From: Chlorokybus atmophyticus
Lineage: Eukaryota > Plantae > Mesostigma and Chlorokybus algae
DNA length: 64,000 nt
Reading direction: 5' to 3'
NCBI GenBank assembly: GCA_009103225.1
Contig: RHPI01001037.1
Coordinates: 659,815 to 723,814, forward strand
Shown: in pieces, positions 24,301-33,562 of the stretch
Numbering within the stretch: position 1 is the first letter of the stretch
Layout of the letters: each line of letters begins with the position of its first letter
Notes under the pieces: generated by a model
Database searches by the model: none
Seen by the model: only the letters and a program-made list of their open reading frames with translations
Told to the model about the DNA's origin: nothing
Translations under genes and position numbers: made by a program

Positions 24301-25065
24301 TGTAATCCGCTTACCGCCTTTCTTTACTGTGCACAAGCGTGCACCCGTATCCAATGTCATTGTGACATTATTTTGCCATTCTTGGCCTAGTACCACATCA
24401 ACACCAGATATGTTGATTGCTACTACTATAAAGGCAAGATTGGCATAATAATTACCAATTTTAACCTTCAATTTTACTTCTCCCGTCACTGGCAATGTAC
24501 CCCCAGCACCGGCAGCCGAAAATGCTGAGGGTTTGCGCATGATTTTATTGCGCGCAACCCATTGCTCGTCCACGAAGTTGTGTGTCGCACCAGTGTCAAT
24601 CAAAAACGAGCTATTCACACCTTGCATTGTGCCACTGAATGTCCACAACAAAGGTACCACTCGTCCTTGAAAGGTAGCCAAGAATCCGTGACTAATGCGG
24701 GGGTTGATTAATATTGCTGATAATCGAATTGTCCCAGTCTCGCGCTTGGTGAATTGTTTTAAAACAGTACCCCCTCGAGTATACTTCAACCATGGGCCAT
24801 GATATTTTGGCACCATTGCTACCACACTCAGGGATCTGTGTTTACATTGCAATTCACTCAATGTGTGCAACACGTCGGTAAGCATGTTAAATTTCACATG
24901 TACCAGTACACAAGTATTTGCTTCCACTGTTGCAACATCAAACAGTGGTAACTTGTGATGTGTTTGCCATGCATGCGTCATTACATGCATTTGAGACAGA
25001 TTATCAAACCAGTTAACTGCTTGTATCTCAAGCAACTGACTATCAACCTTTGCTACATCAGCCAC
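21304..25065 (-). CDS. Chromovirus 1 pol (extra N-terminal module, PR, RT, RNase H, INT, chromodomain)
   Basis: Open frame of 1253 codons with LIDTGA, YLDD, VVSDAS, HDPPYAGH..CDKC, SMDLIT..SDRD..TERAN, and YEVEAIL..YLVKWKGY. Confidence 0.96.
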   Translation of the reverse strand: MADVAKVDSQLLEIQAVNWFDNLSQMHVMTHAWQTHHKLPLFDVATVEANTCVLVHVKFNMLTDVLHTLSELQCKHRSLSVVAMVPKYHGPWLKYTRGGTVLKQFTKRETGTIRLSAILINPRISHGFLATFQGRVVPLLWTFSGTMQGVNSSFLIDTGATHNFVDEQWVARNKIMRKPSAFSAAGAGGTLPVTGEVKLKVKIGNYYANLAFIVVAINISGVDVVLGQEWQNNVTMTLDTGARLCTVKKGGKRITLSVKGSHSLEFKQPDPALLTALQVKRALRKNTPAFLVHLSSSDDIAPGSTEGVADLIEEYQDVFSDELPGLPPDRGVGHTIPLIPDSDPPFRPIYRLSPRERGEMETQIKELLEKGLIEPSSSPFGAPILFVMKKNGKLRMCVDYRALNKITVKNRYPLPRIDDVFDKLSGNAYFSTLDLTSGYHQIRIHSADVYKTAFRTPSGHYQYKVLPFGLTNAPAVFQKEMNKIFGNILGKYVMVYLDDIIVFSKTKEEHKQHLEAVFTLLRKHHLFASLAKCDFCKSELPFLGHVVSGAGVKPDPRKVQVVKNWPQPKNIHQLRSFLGLANYFRKFMMGYSTVVMPLTKLLRKDAPFSWTSDQEAAMQQVKLALTSAPVLALPNWDKHFTVVSDASTLGCGAVLLQDGRPCAYESRKFIPAEVNYTTTEQELLGVVHALETWRCYLEGVQFTVVTDHNPLVYFSTQLTLSRRQARWNEFLSRFTFEWVYRPGRTNVADPLNRCPSLLAVMRAQLLATQVTLPANDAFVQSVLHGYSLDPWFSRQENIQQLEARDNLYYMGASLVIPDHAGLRMQCIADVHDPPYAGHFGNRKTTKAAQQLYWWPSLPVDVKRYVDTCDKCQRDKPLRQNPAGLLRPLPVPDGKWERVSMDLITELPKTQLGHTAVAVFVDQLTKMVHIIPCCTEIGSRDLAMVFVASVFKLHGLPRNFVSDRDPRFVAQFWKSLCSFLRIQQNMSTAYHPQTDGQTERANQVIEETIRHYVSPNQSDWDIYLPMAEFAINNAWQESVQETPFFLNYGVHPLSPANLKLPATDITRVPAAREMASAMQDRLALAKHCLRAAQDRQKAHADAHRREASYDVGCSVLLSTKNISIKGVGTRKFFPRWIGPFKVIDRVGTHAYRLDLPMSIRIHNVFHVSVLKPYRSDGRVQPPPPPVAVDGDNTFEYEVEAILSHRKPRRGRAPSYLVKWKGYGVEHNTWEPERNLTNCQEVLRGYWSTVSTRER

Positions 25066-25074
25066 AGCGTAATC

Positions 25075-26541
25075 CTATTCAACCTTCTTGGCTTTGCCCT
25101 TCGCCTTCGTAGGACAGGCCTTTGCAACGTGACCCGGCTGATGGCAGATGAAACAGGTGCGAGCTGCAGTAGGTGCATTACCAGCAGACGTACCACCAAT
25201 TCGAGGAGCGAATGTCTTCGCTTTCTTCGCCACATGTACACTCGGCGGAGGATAGCGCTTTATTCCCCCCCCTTGCGGCTTGGCCATAGCTGTCACGTTC
25301 GACTTTTCCTGCACGACCGTGTCATCATTGTACAGGTAAACACTTAGCTTTTGCAGCTTGGCCAAGTCATCAGGAACCCAAGGAAGCCCCGTTGCAGTGT
25401 TGTACTGCAGCTGATCGCGAACACGCGCATCCAAGCCACGCTTGTACAACTCGAACTGCTCAGCTTTGTCCATAGGCATCAGGCCGCTATTGGCACGACC
25501 AACTAATGCTTGGAACTCCTGCAGATACACTGATGCTGCTCGACCATTCTGTCGCAACTTGCTAAGTTTGTTACGAGCCTGAGTAGCCGGATCCATGCCA
25601 CCATAGCGCTCCATCAGAAACTGAAACAGTGCTGGTACTGTCTTCACAGCGCCATGCTCTGTTTGTCGTGCCCACTCGGCGAGAGCATCAGATGGCATAA
25701 GCAACTCAGCAACGGCAACGTGCTCACCCACCGGGCGCTTTAGCGCTGTCAGGTAATGTTCGACAGTCACCACCCAATCATGGATACTTACACTACCGTT
25801 AGGCTTGAACTTTTCAGGTTTGTTCAATGCCGTAACCGGCAGCCCCACTGATGCGCCAACTGATGAAGCAGCACCCGCTACTTGCTGACGCAGCGCCATC
25901 AACTCAGATTGCATCGCATCGAGGCGTGCCTCCAACTTCACTCGGCCAGCCAACTTATTTTCCAAGTTAGGTCCCAAGTACCAGAACACATCCTTGCAAC
26001 GCTGCTGCGTTTCAACCATCAAGTTGGCTAAGGCCTCAAACGCCATCCGCTTCCCTTCGTATGGGAGCGGCCTATCGTAGACGGCCATCAGAGCAGCCAC
26101 TTTTGGATCACCACGCACGAGTGGCGGAACATTGTTCGTCAACTCGTGCTCAATCATGCGGATCACCATCTCCTTACTAGTGCGAGGGAGAGTGGCAAAA
26201 TCTGTTTCATAGCCATTACGAACCTTCTGCGCCCATGCATCCCACACTTCTTGACGAAGCTGCGGGTGGGCGTCAAGTAAAGTCTTGCGCTCGCGCGCAT
26301 ACTTTTCAATGGCTCCGCCAATGACACTCGGTGTGTCCATTACAGCTGGCTCACTGTGGGTAGACAGGTCGGGGGAAGCTTCGCTATCTTGCTTAGCCTC
26401 TTCTTCCTTGTCACTGTCAGTGAGCTTATAGCTCTCACTCGTGTCCGAGTCCCTCACTTTGTCATCACTGGATGGCTCATATGAGGATGATGAATCAGGG
26501 ACGGTGAAGTACTTTTCACCTCCCTCTCCTTGGTCAGACAT
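25075..26541 (-). CDS. Chromovirus 1 gag
   Basis: LNKPEKF capsid region, LSKLRQ, and CCHC knuckle CFICHQPGHVAKAC. The likely ATG is at 26541. Confidence 0.92.
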   Translation of the reverse strand: MSDQGEGGEKYFTVPDSSSSYEPSSDDKVRDSDTSESYKLTDSDKEEEAKQDSEASPDLSTHSEPAVMDTPSVIGGAIEKYARERKTLLDAHPQLRQEVWDAWAQKVRNGYETDFATLPRTSKEMVIRMIEHELTNNVPPLVRGDPKVAALMAVYDRPLPYEGKRMAFEALANLMVETQQRCKDVFWYLGPNLENKLAGRVKLEARLDAMQSELMALRQQVAGAASSVGASVGLPVTALNKPEKFKPNGSVSIHDWVVTVEHYLTALKRPVGEHVAVAELLMPSDALAEWARQTEHGAVKTVPALFQFLMERYGGMDPATQARNKLSKLRQNGRAASVYLQEFQALVGRANSGLMPMDKAEQFELYKRGLDARVRDQLQYNTATGLPWVPDDLAKLQKLSVYLYNDDTVVQEKSNVTAMAKPQGGGIKRYPPPSVHVAKKAKTFAPRIGGTSAGNAPTAARTCFICHQPGHVAKACPTKAKGKAKKVE

Positions 26542-27709
26542 CTGCCCAAGGATAACACTGTTCAAATAGTGCACAAACACGGAAAGTTGTGCACTATGAA
26601 AACGTCGAATACTAGTGATTTTGTCCTGTCAAGTTTGGAGGGGTAAACGTGGAGTATTCAGCCCAAACAAGAGCTCTCCACACACCTCTCAACTAGACAA
26701 TCACTGTGCAACAAACCGCACGCGAATGCACGCGACGGCTCACGAGCTATGGCTGCTCAAAGTTTTCACTTTGTACAACCCAGCTCAACTTACAATCACA
26801 ATTGACACCCAAAGTGCCAAAATCTCGTTGAATCAGCCCTACAGGCCGATATCGACAAGTTGTGAGTTGTGAGTTTGATATCGACCGCACAGAAAAATTC
26901 TGGCGGCCTCACCGCACTGACTGGCGGTACCGAGACAGTCGATGTTGCCACCGAACTGCCCCCAAGGGAATTTATCCAAAAAAATAGATAAAAAGCCCTT
27001 CACCACCACGAATCCACGTGGTGGTTAGCACACAAAGATTATAGTAAACAATATATGATTACTATGTTATGTGCTTGGATGCAATGCTTCAGGGAGGGGC
27101 CTGGATGGCCGCCCCCCTTCACACAATAACAACTAAACTAGGACAAGTTAGGCATGGCATGGCATGGCATGCATAGGCTAGGCTAGGCTAGGCTAGGCAC
27201 CAGCAGCAGCGTTTAACTACAACAGTTAAACCAAACAAAACTTTTAACTACCGCTAGTTTGCCGCCGCAGTGCCGCCTGCCGACGCAGTGCCTGCCGCCG
27301 CCCCTGCAGTGCCTGCCGCCTGCCGCCGCCCCTCCCACAGGCCCCTTGCCGCCCGTGCTCCGATACCAATGTCAGGAGAGAGGGTGTGCCCCTCCTCCCT
27401 TTAATCCCCTACCCCAACACCACCACCAGCCTCGCCGCCGCCGCCGCCACTGCCGGGGCAGTTGCCAGAGCAAAAGATGCTCTGGCTATGGCGGCCGCTG
27501 CGTTAGCAGCGCCGCCATGCAGCTGATATCCACATGAGACTCATGTCTCATGTCGATATCAGTGTTATAGTTAAGTAACACTACATTAGGGCCTTAACAC
27601 TAGGTTAACGGCCCTAATAAGGCTTAATAGGCTGTATAATCCCGTTGGGACCCTTATTTAATCCTAAATAAGGGCGGGGAACCTCTATGGAGGTAGCAAA
27701 CCGTTACAN

Positions 27710-30529
27710 ATCAGCGGAATGAATTCGGATCTGATGATATCCACTTGTCAGGTCTAATGTACTGAAGTATGCATTACCTGATAGTTTATCAAACACGTCA
27801 TCAATCCGTGGCAACGGGTATCGATTTTTCACCGTGATTTTGTTTAAAGCACGATAGTCCACACACATGCGCAATTTTCCATTCTTTTTCATCACAAATA
27901 GGATGGGTGCGCCAAAGGGTGAAGAACTTGGTTCAATCAATCCTTTTTCCAATAACTCCTTGATTTGTGTTTCCATTTCCCCCCTTTCTCTAGGGCTTAG
28001 CCTATATATTGGCCGAAAAGGAGGATCACTATCAGGAATTAATGGTATAGTGTGTCCGACACCTCGGTCAGGAGGCAAGCCCGGCAACTCATCTGAGAAC
28101 ACATCTTGATATTCCTCAATGAGGTCTGCCACACCTTCAGTACTACCCGGCGCAATGTCATCTGATGAAGACAAATGTACCAGAAAAGCCGGTGTGTTTT
28201 TGCGCAACGCACGTTTCACCTGTAGTGCCGTGAGTAACGCAGGGTCGGGTTGCTTGAATTCCAAGCTATGCGACCCTTTCACAGACAATGTAATCCGCTT
28301 ACCGCCTTTCTTTACTGTGCACAAGCGTGCACCCGTATCCAATGTCATTGTGACATTATTTTGCCATTCTTGGCCTAGTACCACATCAACACCAGATATG
28401 TTGATTGCTACTACTATAAAGGCAAGATTGGCATAATAATTACCAATTTTAACCTTCAATTTTACTTCTCCCGTCACTGGCAATGTACCCCCAGCACCGG
28501 CAGCCGAAAATGCTGAGGGTTTGCGCATGATTTTATTGCGCGCAACCCATTGCTCGTCCACGAAGTTGTGTGTCGCACCAGTGTCAATCAAAAACGAGCT
28601 ATTCACACCTTGCATTGTGCCACTGAATGTCCACAACAAAGGTACCACTCGTCCTTGAAAGGTAGCCAAGAATCCGTGACTAATGCGGGGGTTGATTAAT
28701 ATTGCTGATAATCGAATTGTCCCAGTCTCGCGCTTGGTGAATTGTTTTAAAACAGTACCCCCTCGAGTATACTTCAACCATGGGCCATGATATTTTGGCA
28801 CCATTGCTACCACACTCAGGGATCTGTGTTTACATTGCAATTCACTCAATGTGTGCAACACGTCGGTAAGCATGTTAAATTTCACATGTACCAGTACACA
28901 AGTATTTGCTTCCACTGTTGCAACATCAAACAGTGGTAACTTGTGATGTGTTTGCCATGCATGCGTCATTACATGCATTTGAGACAGATTATCAAACCAG
29001 TTAACTGCTTGTATCTCAAGCAACTGACTATCAACCTTTGCTACATCAGCCACAGCGTAATCCTATTCAACCTTCTTGGCTTTGCCCTTCGCCTTCGTAG
29101 GACAGGCCTTTGCAACGTGACCCGGCTGATGGCAGATGAAACAGGTGCGAGCTGCAGTAGGTGCATTACCAGCAGACGTACCACCAATTCGAGGAGCGAA
29201 TGTCTTCGCTTTCTTCGCCACATGTACACTCGGCGGAGGATAGCGCTTTATTTCCCCCCCTTGCGGCTTGGCCATAGCTGTCACGTTCGACTTTTCCTGC
29301 ACGACCGTGTCATCATTGTACAGGTAAACACTTAGCTTTTGCAGCTTGGCCAAGTCATCAGGAACCCAAGGAAGCCCCGTTGCAGTGTTGTACTGCAGCT
29401 GATCGCGAACACGCGCATCCAAGCCACGCTTGTACAACTCGAACTGCTCAGCTTTGTCCATAGGCATCAGGCCGCTATTGGCACGACCAACTAATGCTTG
29501 GAACTCCTGCAGATACACTGATGCTGCTCGACCATTCTGTCGCAACTTGCTAAGTTTGTTACGAGCCTGAGTAGCCGGATCCATGCCACCATAGCGCTCC
29601 ATCAGAAACTGAAACAGTGCTGGTACTGTCTTCACAGCGCCATGCTCTGTTTGTCGTGCCCACTCGGCGAGAGCATCAGATGGCATAAGCAACTCAGCAA
29701 CGGCAACGTGCTCACCCACCGGGCGCTTTAGCGCTGTCAGGTAATGTTCGACAGTCACCACCCAATCATGGATACTTACACTACCGTTAGGCTTGAACTT
29801 TTCAGGTTTGTTCAATGCCGTAACCGGCAGCCCCACTGATGCGCCAACTGATGAAGCAGCACCCGCTACTTGCTGACGCAGCGCCATCAACTCAGATTGC
29901 ATCGCATCGAGGCGTGCCTCCAACTTCACTCGGCCAGCCAACTTATTTTCCAAGTTAGGTCCCAAGTACCAGAACACATCCTTGCAACGCTGCTGCGTTT
30001 CAACCATCAAGTTGGCTAAGGCCTCAAACGCCATCCGCTTCCCTTCGTATGGGAGCGGCCTATCGTAGACGGCCATCAGAGCAGCCACTTTTGGATCACC
30101 ACGCACGAGTGGCGGAACATTGTTCGTCAACTCGTGCTCAATCATGCGGATCACCATCTCCTTACTAGTGCGAGGGAGAGTGGCAAAATCTGTTTCATAG
30201 CCATTACGAACCTTCTGCGCCCATGCATCCCACACTTCTTGACGAAGCTGCGGGTGGGCGTCAAGTAAAGTCTTGCGCTCGCGCGCATACTTTTCAATGG
30301 CTCCGCCAATGACACTCGGTGTGTCCATTACAGCTGGCTCACTGTGGGTAGACAGGTCGGGGGAAGCTTCGCTATCTTGCTTAGCCTCTTCTTCCTTGTC
30401 ACTGTCAGTGAGCTTATAGCTCTCACTCGTGTCCGAGTCCCTCACTTTGTCATCACTGGATGGCTCATATGAGGATGATGAATCAGGGACGGTGAAGTAC
30501 TTTTCACCTCCCTCTCCTTGGTCAGACAT
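27710..30529 (-). pseudogene. Second copy of chromovirus 1 gag (29063-30529) plus pol truncated at the single N (27710-29053)
   Basis: Near-identical to 23721-26541, with one substitution seen in gag (GGGIK vs GGEIK). It ends at N27709. Confidence 0.85.
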
Positions 30530-33063
30530 CTGCCCAAGGATAACACTGTTCAAATAGTGCACAAACACGGAAAGTTGTGCACTATGAAAACGTCGAATAC
30601 TAGTGATTTTGTCCTGTCAAGTTTGGAGGGGTAAACGTGGAGTATTCAGCCCAAACAAGAGCTCTCCACACACCTCTCAACTAGACAATCACTGTGCAAC
30701 AAACCGCACGCGAATGCACGCGACGGCTCACGAGCTATGGCTGCTCAAAGTTTTCACTTTGTACAACCCAGCTCAACTTACAATCACAATTGACACCCAA
30801 AGTGCCAAAATCTCGTTGAATCAGCCCTACAGGCCGATATCGACAAGTTGTGAGTTGTGAGTTTGATATCGACCGCACAGAAAAATTCTGGCGGCCTCAC
30901 CGCACTGACTGGCGGTACCGAGACAGTCGATGTTGCCACCGAACTGCCCCCAAGGGAATTTATCCAAAAAAATAGATAAAAAGCCCTTCACCACCACGAA
31001 TCCACGTGGTGGTTAGCACACAAAGATTATAGTAAACAATATATGATTACTATGTTATGTGCTTGGATGCAATGCTTCAGGGAGGGGCCTGGATGGCCGC
31101 CCCCCTTCACACAATAACAACTAAACTAGGACAAGTTAGGCATGGCATGGCATGGCATGCATAGGCTAGGCTAGGCTAGGCTAGGCACCAGCAGCAGCGT
31201 TTAACTACAACAGTTAAACCAAACAAAACTTTTAACTACCGCTAGTTTGCCGCCGCAGTGCCGCCTGCCGACGCAGTGCCTGCCGCCGCCCCTGCAGTGC
31301 CTGCCGCCTGCCGCCGCCCCTCCCACAGGCCCCTTGCCGCCCGTGCTCCGATACCAATGTCAGGAGAGAGGGTGTGCCCCTCCTCCCTTTAATCCCCTAC
31401 CCCAACACCACCACCAGCCTCGCCGCCGCCGCCGCCACTGCCGGGGCAGTTGCCAGAGCAAAAGATGCTCTGGCTATGGCGGCCGCTGCGTTAGCAGCGC
31501 CGCCATGCAGCTGATATCAACATGAGACTCATGTCGATATCAGTGTTATAGTTAAGTAACACTACATTAGGGCCTTAACACTAGGTTAACGGCCCTAATA
31601 AGGCTTAATAGGCTGTATAATCCCGTTGGGACCCTTATTTAATCCTAAATAAGGGCGGGGAACCTCTATGGAGGTAGCACACCGTTACAGCTGTTAAGTA
31701 TGTGCATGCTGTGTATCTGTTGCACTCATGCTTGTGCACTCATGCACTCATGCTTGTGCACTCATGCAAGCTATCTCTGTTGCATCAGTGCACATTGCCA
31801 ACCCATTGACATTTCTCATCATGCAAAGGTTTACCTGTCTTACGGAAGCCGTTAATAATGTTGGTGTGACTCACTGCAATGAGGAATCGGTTGGTTGTGA
31901 GTTGAATGAAGATTTTCTTGCTCTATTTCAAGCTGGGGTTCTGAGCTATGACGCGAACATGCTCTGTAAGCTTGCTTAAAACTCCGAAAGCAACGCACCT
32001 CCAACACCTGCAAAGTAAGCATGTGGTCGATGTAAGCGCTGGCTGTAGGGGCAGATGCATGCTTGTAACTAAGAAGCAAACTTGTGTGCAACAGGTCCCC
32101 TTACTTGCATTGGGTGGGTCAGGTGTGGAGGGAAGATTAGAATGTGTTCGCCATTGCGTGCCGCGGTGTCAAGCATGTCAGGGTTGAGTCTGGATCTGTG
32201 GCCATCAAGGAGTAGGAGGCATGGGTTTTCAGTTGAAGCACCCCCCGGTATGTTGTGCATGAAAAGGTTGAACCATTGCTCGAAAATCCGCACTGTCATA
32301 TATGCATTCTCCTTTGCACATGATATTAGCACACATCCTATCATATATCCGCATGCATATGTGCATGCATTGTGGTTCCGCACCTGCATGGCAAGGCCAC
32401 TACCGAGTGGAGCATCCTCCAACCAATCCATTGTTATGCGTTTGCCTTCGCAGATATAATGCGGGGGCATGTGGGCGCCAGCTGCATTCACATATGCCAT
32501 AATGGACATGTGTTCTCGATTGCCAAAAAGGCGATGATAGGGGGTGCGGAAGCCACATGGCGCTACCACTCTGCCTGTGCCGAGGTTGTCGGGTTCAATG
32601 CCGGTCTCATCCGCATTTCAGATGCGTGAGGGGGTGAGTTTTAAGTCTTCCACTAGCTTCTCATATAAGTGGAAGATCTGATGTACAGCACCATAGGTTG
32701 CCCGTTGCCAACGGCGGTGATCAAAGCCTTTAGCAACGCGCATGCGCAGGTTGTGCTGTGATAGGAAGAAGCGACACCACTTATTGCCAGGCAGTTCGGT
32801 TGCACCAAATCGACTCAGTCTCTCCTCATTGCCGTCCAACAGTGTGATGACCTGTTAGCATGTATATTATTAATGGCTGAGTACACAATGCACAGGCCAT
32901 ATTTAAGTTGCTTGCATACTCACTCACCCTTTGTTGTGCAGCCACGGTGACAGAGTGGGCGTGTCTGCACATGTCCACCTCAATGACAAACTGTTCTTCT
33001 TCATTGACCGGATAGGGATGCGTCCAGGAGCTCGTGGGTTGCTGAACTTGGCCAAATTGCGGA

Positions 33064-33562
33064 TGTAACGGAAAGGTACATTGGATTACCACAAATCGAT
33101 CATAAAAGCGCCAAGTCTTTTATGGTCGAGTGGGCTATGACATTGGTTATCGGAGCTTGAGACCTGGGTTCGATCCTTGCCTTGCACACGAACTCCGCGA
33201 TCGTTGTTTTTCGATCTAGTAACATTGAAACTGGTCATAAGTGCCATCATCAATGGATCGCGACTTGCCTAATGGCAGGTCGCGCCGGCGTTCAGTCGGC
33301 GCGGCAGGACGCGACCTGCCTGTCGCGATGCGACCTGTGGGGCCGGCAGCGGTGCGCGTGTTGACCGATATGGGCCTAAATTGGCCGGTCTTTGAGCGGT
33401 GGGGCCGGTGACCGATGCTAATCAGACCCCTGGGATGATTCCCCAGCTGATGGGAGCTAGCTGCCGAGGACGTCGGCGTTCTTAAGTGGGGGAAGGTACA
33501 CTAAATTGCCACAAATTGACCATAAAAGCACCCAGTCTTTTATAGTCGAATGGGCTGTGATA
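33064..33562 (+). mobile_element. TRIM-2: miniature non-autonomous LTR element inserted in the pogo HTH coding region
   Basis: Diverged ~79-bp LTRs at 33064-33142 and ~33487-33562. A PBS-like TGGTTATCGGAGC follows the 5' LTR. The TSD GCGGA is at 33059-33063 and 33563-33567. Removing the element restores DYVRNLAKFSNPRAPGR. Confidence 0.85.

Larger units (their letters stand above)
20850..31689 (-). mobile_element. Ty3/Gypsy chromovirus 1 (near-intact, with a partial duplicated copy)
   Basis: TG..CA LTRs at 20850-21181, 27370-27708 and 31358-31689. The TSD GCTGT is at 20845-20849 and 31690-31694. PBS TGGTATCGGAGC (iMet-type) is at 31356-31345 and 27368-27357. The PPT is at 21190-21182. Confidence 0.97.

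Noticed and set aside
33123-33180. A/B-box region of TRIM-2 as a real tRNA gene
   Set aside because: There is no acceptor or anticodon stem, and it is built from the LTR end plus the PBS.
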